A stretch of DNA of 64,000 bases, taken from NCBI RefSeq assembly GCF_009914755.1, contig NC_060939.1. One strand, given 5' to 3'. A model generated the notes under the pieces. That model searched no databases, was not told where the DNA came from, and saw only the letters and a program-made list of their open reading frames with translations. The DNA comes from the human T2T-CHM13v2.0 reference genome, Homo sapiens. This document shows, in pieces, positions 43,151 to 56,938 of this stretch (position 1 is its first letter; every line of letters begins with the position of its first letter). The position numbers and the translations under genes were made by a program.

Positions 43151-44989
43151 GAAATAAAGAATATGCCTACTCAAAATGAATACAATTTACTTAACTTAGC
43201 AAAGTAAATTGGAATTAAGATATTTTAAGGTAAATAGTGTTAGCTATTTTAGTGCTAATGTGCTATTAAAAATTAAAAGTATGAAAACAAGATTTGATAC
43301 TATGATTGGCAGAAAGCAAATATTCTATGACTATCATTTGTATAAGCTCTTACTACATGAGGCCGGGAATGCCTGCAGCCCCTGCCTAGGGCTGAACTGA
43401 CTCAGTCACACCAAGGCTCACTCTTCTTTTGAGAACTCTCAGCCTCATACATACAGTTTTCCCTTTACCTTGGATGTCATTTATGTGTTTTTTTTTTTGT
43501 CAATTGGCCTGTCAGCTCTTGCTAAGAGCATGTAGTCCCTAAATACTCCCTCTTTTCTATCTTTTCTTGAGAAAGTTATTTAATCAGTGGTGTTGAAGAA
43601 TTAATGTGTACTCCACAAAATAATACATAGCTAAGATTAAATCATATGTAAATAGAGTTCCCTAATCAAGGGGAGTAAATTGTATGACTATAACATCTGA
43701 GGAAGTGAGCAGCAAAACCTCTCTATGCAAAAACTGTACACATTAGGCCCTCAAAATATCAAGTCCCATACTCCCCAAGGTTGTAGAGGACTATGATTTA
43801 AGAAGCATAAACAAAGTTTAAATGAATGCATGGGTGATTGATTCATAAATGAACATATTCCCTGCAGGGTACCCTTGGGTGAAAAGCAAGGCTAAGATTA
43901 ATCACACCATATCGAACACAATGAGGATGACTATGCATCCAGATAACTATTGTACCTGCCCCTCCGTGATGGCAGCTGGAAAGTCCTGGTGTCAAACTAT
44001 CTGATTCCCCAGAGTAAGGCTCACTGCTTTCCATAAACAGCCCCACACTCCGTCTATCTGTCTGTTTCCCTCTTCTTGTTCTGTCTCCTTTCTTGGTTTA
44101 TCTCTTTTCCCACCTCTCAAACCCCTGGTGTATCTGCTCTGTGACCCCCACAGAATCCTGCCCTTTCCTTGCCACAGGAATTTTATCTCTTTCGTTTCAG
44201 TGATGTCCTTCCTACTTAGGGAAGTATCTCCAAAATTTAGACAGCTTGGATTAAGTCCTGGCTGCATGTTCGCTAAGTGTGTGGCATCCCAAAGCTGCAT
44301 TTTCCTCATTTGCTTATTGGGGATTATGCTGGTATCTTCCTCGTTGATGTGCAGTGAGCAGTGAATCATATAAGCTGTCCAAAGCACCTAGCACATTGTC
44401 TGCCATGGGGTAGGTGTCCAACATGGTAATATTATCATTTCACTTCCTTAATTATTGATAGTTCACACCACAACCTGCTTTTCCCTCCAAGAACGTGGTG
44501 GCCTGTAATCTTGGGATGTTCTCATCACCCACAGCCTCTTTCCAAGACTCACTCTGTCTCTCTCTCTCTCTCTCTCCCCACCCCTCTCCTTTAACTTGCA
44601 CTCCCTCAGTAGTCCTCCTATTCTGACATAAAAATGTCCCTTTCTTTGACCTTTTCTCTTGGCTACTTAAATACTGGTCCAAGACTTCCTATTTCTGCTG
44701 TCTTTCCTTTGCTACCTTTTCCTTCCATCTTCTACAACCACCATCACCCACTCCCTGTAAGAGCTCTGAGTTGTTTCAAGGTTCTTGTTTTGATCCTGAT
44801 CCTTTCTCTCTTTTGGGTCAAGTTAACCTTTCCTGTGATTCCCTTTCTCAGGATTGGGTGCCACTGCCTTTTGGGCATTCTCCTGATGCCGTGCACTGCA
44901 CCTGCAGTATGTGTGTCTGAATCCAGTGTCACTTCCAGAGAGGCCCTGTCCATCTTCCAATGCACCCCTCATGCTGTGCAGGAGGTCAC

Positions 44990-45570
44990 AGTCACGGTCA
45001 CGGGCACAGAGCCACGTGAAGGGAGCTGCTCGAGCGCCCCGGAGCCTCACCTGGGAGGAGACGCAAGAAGTCTCCCGGTGCGGGAGCCTACAGGGCTGAG
45101 CGCGGAGACCGCTACGCCCCAACGCGGGCTCAAGCCCAGCGGGTAAGCGGGGCGGGGCGGCGAGCGGGAGGGAGGCCAGGCAGAGATGTGCAGGATGCTC
45201 CAGGTGGGCATGGAGGGGCGGGAGAGGTAAGGGTAGGCGGGAAGAGGGGCCCGGGACACAGTCTGCAGCAGCAGGGCAGGGCACGGCGCACTGGACAGAC
45301 CCGGTCCAGGCACTGCAGCATGGGCTCCGGGAGGTGGCAGGTGCAGGTCTGACGACAGCAGGGTCGTGGCTGGCTGCGGAGGGGCGCGGGAGGCTGGGCG
45401 CAGAGGTGGCCGCCAAGGCGCGGCTTCGGAGCACGGCCTGGGAAGGGAGGAAGGGAAGAGAAGAGGAGCCCAGGCCCGTGCCGACCGCAGCTCCACGCCA
45501 GCTCTCGAGCCGCGCGGCCGTCACAGGAGCCCGCTCCGGCCGGGCTTTCCATACCCCGGCTGCAGCTTTT
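44990..45570. promoter_or_regulatory. CpG island / promoter
   Basis: Dense CpG; tandem GC boxes GCGGGGCGGGGCGG ~45147-45160; E-box CACGTG 45013-45018; minus-strand donor CAG|GTGAGG at 45051/45050; plus-strand donor CGG|GTAAGC at 45142/45143. Confidence 0.85.
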
Positions 45571-45859
45571 CCCATAAATATCGAGATAGGAAAATTACAA
45601 TTCTGGGATTTGGGAGGATGATACTACTGACACTGAGAAAATTATGAAGTGTAACTGTACTTTGAGCAATTTGATGAGATTCATATATGCATACACAAGA
45701 CACAAGCTACAACTTGTAAAAAATTTAAAACTCGCTTTTCCTATGCCTCTTTCTTTCTTTTAAGCCCTTGCCTTTTCCAAAGACCATTCATAGCTAAACA
45801 TCCTTATCACACAGCTACTCTATGAGATATTTACTTTTTAAATAGTTTTATTTTATTTT

Positions 45860-46000
45860 TATTTTTTTCAGAGAAACGTCGCTCAGTTGGAGTGCAGTGG
45901 CACAATTACGGCATCAACCTCCGGGGCTCAAGTGATCCTCCTGCCTCAGCCTCCCAAGTAGCTGGGATCACAGGTGTGCACCACCATGCCTGGCTAATCT
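45860..46000 (-). mobile_element. Alu monomer fragment
   Basis: ggagtgcagtggcacaat...ctcaagtgatcctcctgcctcagcctcccaagtagctggga. Confidence 0.75.
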
Positions 46001-47081
46001 ATGAGATAGTTGACTGCTGAGGAATAAGCCCTACGCCACTTAAGGAAGTAAGAAATACTGTGATGTGTAAAGAAATGACAACATTATGCCAATCAAGAAG
46101 AGAAATAAGGCCTTTTATTTCCAAAAATGTCCTCAGAACAGAAGCTGAATAACTGGTCATTTTCCTTTCAGGTTCTTGATTGATTTAAAATTTTTTCCAT
46201 GATAAAATAAATTAGGAGAAACTTCCATCACTAAGTGATTTGAAATAAACAGAATTCATTATGCTACTCAAGTATCTGGCAAATTTGTAGCAAACTCCAA
46301 ATTCATTTTTCAAATATGTCTAAGAAGACATGCCAGAGATGGCCTTAGTTGTACCACAGTTGTGCCGGAAGGACAAGAAGACCAGCTAAGATTGGAGCAG
46401 GGACACATTCCTCCAAGTTCCCAGATGAAACCAGTGCCACTAAAAAGAGAATCTCTGGGTGAGGGCTTCCCGTTTCGAGAGTGCTTTAAACATTCATCAA
46501 GAGACCAACAGAATCTATAAGGGAGTTGTGTGCTTTATAAATGCTGGGGGTGCTTTATGGATGAGTCGTATTAAAGAATTATAAATTTCTTATTTGATTA
46601 GTTGGGGTAGGCTTTCCTGCTAGAATCTCAGACTGATTTTATTGTGCTTCATCAATTTTATGGTTGACATGTTTTCAATTTACTTTGTACTATTAAGAAG
46701 CTGAAATGAGTTTTGGAAGTGCATAATCAAGCCTTTCCTCCCCTCCCCAGTGCCACGGGGGGACAAGGTGGTGAGGGCTCTGAGCCTGCTGAGCAGACCA
46801 CACGCAGGGAATTCTGTTTTCTCTCCTAGTCACTGTCTCAAAGAGTTTGAGCTCATTTGATCCCAGGGAAAAAGTTACTTGTCATTTTCACATCTATAAG
46901 TTTGCTAATTCACTTTGATATATATCAACAAATGGTTTCACTATAGAAACAATGGGTCATACTGAGAAAAATTTGGAATAATTACCCTGTATCCTTCTTG
47001 TTTTTTCTTAATGTTTTTCTCTTTTCCTAGAGTTTTCTTTTCCCTCCCTCCTTTTCTTTGCGTGCTTAGAACTTTACAAAC

Positions 47082-47624
47082 TGTTGGAAGGTCCAGAACG
47101 TGCCACAGTGACATAGGATTATTTTGAGCTGAAGACATTTGAGAATCAAGGAACGCAGGAAGAAACTTTCTCTAAATTCTCATTTTTGCCCAGAAAAGGG
47201 ACCCTTCAAAAAGACCTCAACTGTCATAAATCCCATCTCCAGGCATTTTATAACCAGGGAAGATTGACTGTTATCACAAGAGAGCAGAGAAGTCAGCGCC
47301 ACACCCAGACATCGTCACAAGCCACCACATGGCCCATCTGTCCTCCTAAGACCCACTTATAGTTCCTGAAGATCATCTGCTCTTCCGTAAATGGAGTTTC
47401 TCCCTCTCTCTTTCCCCTAAGAAGATTGGTATCAGCTCTCAAATCTCACCTCTCCTTTGCGTATTCACTTCTTTCCATGATGCCCCTATGCACATAAAAT
47501 TTAGCAGTAATAAGTTAGTAGGCCTTTTCTTCTGTTCACCTGTCCGATGTTGCTTTAATTCACAGCCCTCCACCTCCAGCCCCTGAACCTAAGAGAGTGG
47601 AGAAAAAAATTTTTCTTCCCTACA
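47082..47624 (+). mobile_element. MER34/MER39-family ERV1 LTR
   Basis: TG...TTCCCTACA termini; cataggattattttgagctgaagacatttgagaa. Confidence 0.7.
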
Positions 47625-49072
47625 CTGTCCAATACCATTGATTTCTTTTCTTGGCGTAATTCTCCATGTACACACACAAATTAAAGTTTTGATGATGGGA
47701 ATGTCTGTGGGCTCAAACATCATGATCAGAGCAGATGCGCAATGTTTACAAGGACGGATGAAAAATATGTGATGGAGGAAGAATGATAAAATGCCATTAA
47801 AGAGAGAAAAACACCAAGAGAAAGGAGACAGCAAAAGAAAATGTAGGCCTGTTGGGGTTGAATAACTACTTATTTCATGGAGTCTTAAACTCTTGTTTCA
47901 TAAAAACATTACAAGCACATGTCATACTTACTTATCAAAAGCCAATGCACAAAATGGAAAAACTTGCATTTTAAGCAAAAATCAGAGTATATCATAATGG
48001 AGCTACAAATTGACCTCCTATCGTGTTTTCCTGGGGTCACTCTTTCTGGGACTAAATTCCAAACAAGCCGGGCACAGAAAGTGGGCATTTCTTAAAACTC
48101 AAGTAACTCTTGAAACTCAACATTCATTAATTCTGCTAGAAAAAAGTTGCAATTGTAACTTCCTTCCTTCCTTCTTTCCTTCCTTTTTTCCTTTCTTTCC
48201 TTCCTCCTTCCTTCCTTCTTCCTTAGAGGGTAGATGCAGGCAACTTAGTAACAAGGCTTATTTTAACACATTGTTTTAAACCATAGATGAGTGAATAGCT
48301 GAGTTCAGACTTCAGCTTATTCATGTTCTTCACATTCTCTCTGGAAAGTGAGTTCTTGTGGCCACTGCATTTATCTCTATTACTTACCGGACAATGTCAG
48401 CAGCTGTACCTGTTCACCTAAAATTTCGCTTCATCCCCTAAGGTACTTGGAGTATAGTAAGATAGAATGGTAACCTCAAAATCCTGGCCATACAGTGACA
48501 CTGATGATACGAATTACTCTTCCATTCTTAGCCATGGAGCAAAGACCCTATCCAGCACAGCTGTGAAAGCAGTGACTGTGAAAGCCACCAGAAGCTCCCT
48601 CATTCAGAGCAAATCAGACAACTACGTGCATCACAAGACAAAGGTCCCAGGCAGGAAGGAGAAGCCAGCCCCAAATGCCACTCTTCACGGCAGATGCCCA
48701 TCACGCATAAATCTAGAAATGCACCAGAGTGTTAAAAACTTTGTCCAAAGCTTTTATTCTTGGAATGGAATAGAGCTAGAATGTGACAAGTTAATTAATG
48801 ACCCATTATGGGGAAAACTCCACATTAAAGCAGATTTCTGTTTCTATTTATATCTTTTACCTTAGCAGTATTGTTATGTAAGTCCTCTCTTAAAGATATA
48901 TACGCCTAACATTGTTAATCTATAAAACGTGTTATCTGGCAGCAAAAGCCAAACTGTTTCAGGAGTGTGTACATTAATGTATTAATTCAATCAATCAATC
49001 ACATATTTAACCCCCCCCTTTTTTTTTTTAGTATTTCCTGAGATGGTGTTTTAGAAACCATGGGCAGAGCTA

Positions 49073-49582
<510 letters not shown>

Positions 49583-50440
49583 CTATGAGGAAAAACAGAG
49601 CCATGAGAAGGGGCAGGCAGGGATGCCACAAGGCCTCTCTGGGGAATGACTTTGAGCAGAAACCTGAGGGCATGTGCCCAAACGAGACCTGAAATCGTGA
49701 AATTAGAACCAGGAAGAGTGGCTGCAAAATTATGGGAAAGGATTTCAACAGAAATCCTTTTTTCCAACAGAAATCACCAGTTTTGAGAAGGGCAAGGCTT
49801 ACAGGATCAACAGGACACTCCTGCATAAATGGAAGGGATGGCTTCATTTTAGATGTACTGTTTTCTCCTTGAGGTCAAGGTAATAACATATCAAATAAAA
49901 CCAAGTTACCACAAGGAGTTAACCTTATATAATCCAAGCATCTGCCTTCCTTCTCCCTGAGAAGGTAGGATCAAACTGATCAAGCTAGTGGGCCTTCCTA
50001 TGAAATAATTACTTGTGGTTTCAAAAGTCTCAGGAGTCCCTGGGTCTCTTAATGAGGAACTGAATATTAAATTACACTCGAGAGCTCTGGGTCCAGTTGA
50101 GATTGTGGAGCTGATTTCTCATAGCACTGCTATTTCTTTTTCTCAATTTTCTGAACAACAACAAAACATGTTAAAGATCTTTTGCAGCTTATAAAACCAA
50201 AGATTTGATTTGGAATCAGTGCCCTGTTCTACTGAAGAGTGGAGCACTGGCTCAAAAGAGGGAGCTCCACCACCTTCTGTTCATTTCACATCCACACTCG
50301 GGCCCTTCCAAGAGGACCTAACCCAACCAGGAACCCGTTTAAAGACTGGATGACTCTGAACACCCCCTACCCTGTGTGTCTGTGTGTGTGCCTGTGCATG
50401 TGTGTGAGTGTGTGTGCGTGTTGGGAGTAGAGGTAAGCAG

Positions 50441-50976
50441 TGTTAAAAATGACTCATGACATTTGTTCAAGAAAATAAGGCAGACTTTATTCAGAACCAT
50501 TGAGATAGGTATAAGGGCTATTGAGATAGGTATAGGAACCACTGCAGTGGATCCTGCAGCTGGGGAGGAAGGTCAGACTCACTTCCCAATACAACAAGGA
50601 AAGGTGGGAATTTATGGCAAAAGAGCAGAATGTGTTTATGTTGGAGGTGGGGGGAGGTCAGTCAATAGCAAAATTACTAGGAGGTAACATCAAGGGTAAG
50701 GGAGGATCCTGGAAAAACTGACCTAACTTTGTTTTTGCTAAAGACAGGCCAGGGTGATCAAACACCACCAGGCAGATGGTAAATGAGAAAACTGAACAGA
50801 TACCGAAGACAGTCAGATATCCAGGGTTGGGGGTTCTGGTCGAAATGATTTCGCAGGGTTCTTGCTAAAAGTTTCCAATGCAGAGATGAACACTGACACC
50901 CAAAGGTCAGGGCCCAGTTGAGAAGTGAGTTCAGAAAGGCCTGATTAGAGTTTGGTCAAGGAGAGACTCTTTGTCA
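50441..50976 (-). mobile_element. MER31/MER67-like ERV1 LTR
   Basis: Reverse complement starts TGACAAAGAGTCTCTCCTTGACCAAACT; TTTATT poly(A) signal near the other end. Confidence 0.7.
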
Positions 50977-53435
50977 TCAGAACTTATGCAGTATTCAAGT
51001 GTCCTTAAGAAAGGAATTGAGCTAATTAATTACAGTGCTTAAGGAGTCACCACTAGACCCTCTATCTTTTTGCATCCATAAGCACAGAGCACACCTTTCA
51101 AAGTTCCTGAGTTGTTAAGCAATGAATTCTTCAGCACCTGCTTGCAACTATTTATTTTGTTTCAACAGACTTCTCTTTGTGACTAGCACTTGATTAAGTT
51201 ACACAAAATCAAATATCTGCGGCTCCCCCCAGGGTTTTTCCTCTTCTCTTTTCATTTCTGACTGTGGTCCTGCCAAGTCCCTGGGGGTGGAAGGCTGGCT
51301 CAGGGCATTGTCCATCAATCTGTGAGATGAGAGTGGACCAACAAGGAGTGGACAGGCTCCCAGACACGAAACAGAACCCGGTAGGACTAAAACTACCACT
51401 TGGGAAGATCACAGAGACTCAAGGCACTGCACTTGTGTGTGTACACACATATACACACACAGGTGCACAGGGGCAGAACTGCCATTTCTTTATAAGTGTT
51501 CAATTTCTTATCAGAAATGGCTCTTAAGTTCAAGCTACTAACACAGGAAGAAAAGAACTTAGTGAGCTATTCTATCTTGCTATCTTAGATTTCAGTTTCT
51601 TAGGCATACATACACTCCTAAATTCTCCATGCTTAAACATCTCCATCAGGCTTAAAATAGATCAGTCTTAAATAAATCTTGTTAATTCCATCATTTACAT
51701 TACACTCCCCCACTAACAGACCTAAGCATGAATGATGTTAATCAAATAATACTTTCAAGATAAAATAAATGATTATGATTTCCACATGATACCAGATATT
51801 ATATATATTTTTTCTTTGAATTTTTTCTCCCTTAGATTTTTAAAAATTTATATAGTGACTTTGGTTTAAAAATCTATTTTAGCAATAATATTAACTAGAG
51901 AAGTGGCTCATGCCTGCTCATTTTAGGCTTGTCTTTTGAGTGAACTGGGTATGACAGGTCTGGGACCTGTGCTGGGAAGAACTCTTCCATGATTGAAATG
52001 GTCGCACATGGAATAACATCGATAAGTTGGATCCCAGTTGCCTCTTTTGACCTCTATATTACTTTTATTCTTTGGCCTCATCTAAAACATCTGAAATTTA
52101 AGTCCTTTAGATCAAAAGGGCAGGACTGAAAACAGCTGTGATTTCAGAGGTAGGAAGGCTGTTCTGCCCCCCAAATACATTCCCTATTAGATGAAAGGTG
52201 CCCCAATTCCCAGTTAGAACACCTTTCCCTTCGCTGATTTCAAACATGGACTGTTTAAATGCAAATATCCATAGAAGAGATCATACAAATCTTGTTCATT
52301 CATTTGCAATGATAACTTTTAAAGTCCTCTCATTCATGGACATCTTAGAGTTTATCACAGCCTTTCCTAAAAGCTGGTTTTGGGGGAGAGAAAATACAGG
52401 AAGCCAAGGGCTCTGGCCTCCTCTTGGCCATCCTTCTCCACCCGGGAGACACCACATATGCACTTTACAGAATTCTAGGGCTCAAGCTTGAAGAAGATAC
52501 CACCCACCCAATTTCTGGGGATCCAGAAGAATGAAGCAAAGGTAGAACAGCTTTCCTTACCCATTCCAAAAAAGGGAAAAGAAAGACAATTTACGGTAAA
52601 GGGAACCAAAATTACAATACTACATTGTGATATGGAGGATCAGATTATTTTTTACTATCTCTTTGCTCTGACTTCTTGGTTATTTACTTTGAAGTTAACT
52701 CATGAAAATGCTTTAATAGTTTGGGCTCCTGTTTTGTTCATGTTTAAGGGCTATCATGAAGTTCCCATAAGAATTTGTAAATCAGGGAACTAAAACTGTC
52801 CTCCCAATTTCACCCAGATATCAGCACACAGGAGGGCAACGAGGGCCTCCAGAAACACATGAAGCAGCCTCCACTACATCTGTGAAAGAGAGGTCAGGAA
52901 TTTATTTTCCAATTAGGCACTGGGGGCCAGCTCTATCTAAAACTACGCTGTGTGGGCATTTTAGCAATTTGACTAGTGCCAGTAACAAATCCAAAGAAAA
53001 AAACAGAGTGGGTGTCGCACCAAAGAAAGGAAAGCCCAAAACAAGAGTGAGAGCAGAACCATGTGAGGGCTAGGATAGGGCTGCCCCCAAATGCTCTTGA
53101 GACATCTTCATAAGACCCACTCAATCCTTGGTGATTTTTATCTTCACCAACCACAGCAACATTCTCATTATGATTTGGCCTCTCAGGAGGCTGACTGCAG
53201 GGAGAGAATGAGCTGGCCCTGTGGACTTCTATGCTTAGGCTGCTGACAATTTCTTATTCTAAATTAATTGACACACATTCTAGTGCCTCCTTCAGGCTCC
53301 CGACAATGTTGTTTTCCTGGCCTTCAGCAAGCACGGTGTTACTAACACACCTGACTGCAGAGTGCGGGGAAGATCCTGGCAACAGCCTGCCCAGGCCCCG
53401 TGCTCTTCCATGCTTCTCTGTGAACCTTACTGCAT

Positions 53436-53610
53436 GAGAAAGCACGAGAAGGAAAGAGAAAGAAAGCCAGAGGGAGAAAGAGAGCAACACAAGGAGAGAG
53501 AGAGAATGAGAGTGAGAGAGAGAGAGAGAGGCAAAGAGAGGGGGAGAGAGATACAGAGAGGAAGAAAAACCGAGAGAAAGCCAGAGCAAGAGAAACAGTA
53601 AGAGAGATTC
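53436..53610. repeat. GA-rich low-complexity tract
   Basis: (GA)n-rich polypurine run. Confidence 0.85.
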
Positions 53611-54897
53611 TAAAGGAAATATGGATGGATCGACTCTGAGGTGACCATGGCTCTCAACCCACCCAGGAAGGTGAGTTCTGAAGGACAGCCAGGTATACAC
53701 TGGGAAGCTGCTTTTCTGGAGCCCTGGTTGCTGGGAGCAAAAAGGCAATTGGGGGCTGGTGTTTCTCTGTCCCAGATGAAAGTGTACCTCACTGAGGCTG
53801 AGTTCAGTTCAAGAATCAGAGGAGCCCAGTGATTGTAAAATTTCCATTAAGTGGGAACCCATGATATGTTAGTGTGAGTTTCTATGAACCTCAACTATAC
53901 AGACAGAGTGGGATAGCTCAAGGGAGGCTGTTCTCTGCAAAGACCCACAGGGCAGGGTCCCTCTAGGCAGGTCTCTATGGAACAGGAGACCCAGAACCTG
54001 CAGAAAGACCTCCAGCATCCGCCCCGGGGGCACCAACAAGGTCTATATCATTGGCGATGAAACCAACACTTCAGTCATACCTTATGGGACATGAGGTGTG
54101 GGTTGTTGTCTTTTATTTGAATGTGTAAAATCAAAATGAAAACATTAACTCTTTTGGGGGGAAAGTCCCTCTGCCCTCTGGTACTTGCTTCTTAGCCCCT
54201 CACTCACTGAGCAATGTGGCTACACTGTCCACTGAAATCTGTTTCTGACCTCCTTAGTGTAAGCACAGGCTGGCATCTACCTTTCTAAAATATCCTCCTT
54301 GAACTTTCAGAATAAAACGGTGAGAATCGCACTCACCTGCTCTTGAGAAGTCGCACATACGTACTAGCATTTCACTCTGATCCGGTCACACGCATTGCTC
54401 TATGATGTGGTGTCTATTATACATTCACATCACAAACCCAGATGCTCGTCCCTACCTCACCCCACCTCCCTACTTTCAAGGTCAGGTTGACCATTTATTT
54501 TGGAAAGGAAATCATTTTTGATGATCACAATATCTTAAGTTAAATATTCTCTAATAGAGAATAGCAGAGAATATTAGAACTGAATCTAGGACCACCCAGA
54601 GCCAGAAACAGTTCCCTCCACAAAAGCCCAGAGCCAATCTCACTGCTTCCAGAAAGCTTCCGGAGATGGGGGAATCAGCCTGTCCCAGTGAGCAGGGCAA
54701 CTTGCTCTTCCCTGCATCAGATGAAATGCTGCATCCTGGGGCTGGGACCCACTGGATCCACAGCATAAATCTAACTCCTCACTCTCTAAGGCACTTGTCA
54801 ATCATATGTGGAGAGACTGAGCCTTGATCTGTGGCCAGGTTACTCTACAGATTAACTTTCTTATTAGCATCTTCCCTCTATTTCTTTCATAATCTGG

Positions 54898-55295
54898 TGT
54901 GGTAGTTAATTTTACGTGTCATTCATTTTGTTGGGTAGGCTATGGTGCCCAGATGTCTGTTCAAACACAAGTCTAGATGTTGCTATGGAGCTATTTTTCA
55001 GATGGGATTAACAGTTAAATCAATAGATTTTGAGTAAGGCAGATTCCCCTCCACGATGAAGGTGGGCCTCATCCAATCAGTCGAAGGTCCTGAAGAAGCC
55101 TGAGGTCCTCCCAGGAGGAAGACTGCCTGTAGACTAAGGCTGCAGCATCAGCTCTTTCCAGGGTCTCTAGCCTGTCAGCCTGCACAGCAGATTTCAGAAT
55201 TGCCAGGCTTCCCAATTGTGTGAGCCAACTGGTTAAAATGAGTATCTCTCTATATACATCCTATTGGTTCTCTTTCTCTGGAGAAGGCTGACAGG
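54898..55295 (+). mobile_element. MLT2 (C/D-like) ERVL LTR
   Basis: tgtggtagttaattttacgtgtca; ggtgggcctcatccaatcagtcgaagg; catcctattggttctctttctctggagaa. Confidence 0.8.
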
Positions 55296-56651
55296 CACTT
55301 TATCACTCTTGCTCCCTTCCTAACACTGCAAGTGAAATGAATCCCCACCTTGGAAGAACTGGCCTCCTAGTCCTACTTTGCTCACACCCTATATCCTACC
55401 CTATGGGCACCCTACAGCCTTGTTATGAAATTGACTCTTCTTGGTGTAACAGTCAAGTTCTATTGGTGTAACAGTCAAGTTCTATTGTAGCCAAAAATGA
55501 CACATGGGAACACTGTTCGATATGTCTTCTGGAATAGATGATGCTTACCTTTCAGAGTAAAAATTCCTAAACTTGTTCTTCTCTTCATTTACCGCATGAT
55601 TAAAAGCAAAGTTGTGGTGGTCAGATTGACTGCAGTGTTAATCATTTACTAGGCAGCTAAACTTTTTTAGCTACTGACTCCATAGAATTGGATATGAGAA
55701 ATATCCAATAAGTAGGCATGATTATTCAACAACGTCATTAAGAGATACACTACTTTAAATGGTGGCAGCAGTGAGTGGAGAATGCAGCTTGCTCCCTTTT
55801 TGAGGCCCCAGAGAGGGGTTTGTTGTCAAACTCAGGTCAAGGAACACCACATTCTTACTGAATAACTATCCTGTCTCCTTTATGCTGCTTGCTAGAAAAA
55901 AGGAAGTAAACTTGTGTCCTTCCTCTTGCAATTGTAGCAGCCATGAATGCGTGCATTTTGTAAGATTAACCCTCTTCATGGCTTTATATTACTTCATTCT
56001 AATCCTTGTTTTCCTTTAGGCCTGATTTCAAATCTCTTCCTTTTAAAAATCGTATTGCTCATTATGTATTTTTGTAAGCTGCCTTCAATCTTTTGGATGT
56101 GATGAGAAATAAACAAACCAACCAACCAGCGGCATTTCTAATATTAGAAATGGATGCGATCATCCTGGATTCCTTCCTCATTTCATTCAGAACTTAGACT
56201 CAAAATGACAAGGGGAAGGGATGATATAATTTGCCTTCCATCTCCTTCCTCAGGGAGAAAATCAATGCAAGTTTCTAAATGCCTATTACTTTCCCTCGAA
56301 ATCAGATTATTAAAAACATAAATAATATCCAAACTGATATTCTGCCCCCCCGTATGGGAAAGGGGATACTGTCAGAACCCAGGTGCTACACCTGACCATG
56401 AAGTGGTTCTGCCTCACGTTGTGTCTGTGCTAAGGTATGCAAAGTCAGAGCACCCAGGAAAAGTCCCTTTGTCCCTCCTCCAACGGGCTATGGATTCCTG
56501 TCCTTCTCGATGTTTTCAAGAGTTGAGATATATAAAATTTTCCATGTTACAAAACAGAAACTGTAAATTTATCTTGGTTCTAATTAATGCCAGGCATTCC
56601 CAGGCCTTGCAGCTTGGAAATGTATTTCCAATGATGTAAAAGAATGTCTTT

Positions 56652-56938
56652 GGTCAGAGACAGTGGCTCATGCCTATAATCCCAGCACTCCAGAAGGCCA
56701 AGGTGGGTGAATAGCTTGAGGCCAGGAGTTTGAGACTAGCCTGGGAAACACAGTAAGATCCTGACTCTACAAAGAAAATGTTTTATAAGAAAAATTAGCC
56801 AGGCATGGTGGCACGTGCCTCTAGTCCCAGCTATCTGGGAGGTGGAGGTGGAAGGATCACTTGAGGATGCAGTGAGCTATGACTGAGCCACTGCACTCCA
56901 GCCTGGGTGACAGAGTGAGACTCTGTCTCAAAAAAAAA
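56652..56938 (+). mobile_element. AluJ
   Basis: Diverged dimeric Alu with an A tail. Confidence 0.85.

Noticed and set aside
44823-45575. 250-aa minus-strand ORF
   Set aside because: Inside a CpG island with several overlapping open frames, crosses splice signals, and resembles no protein I recognise
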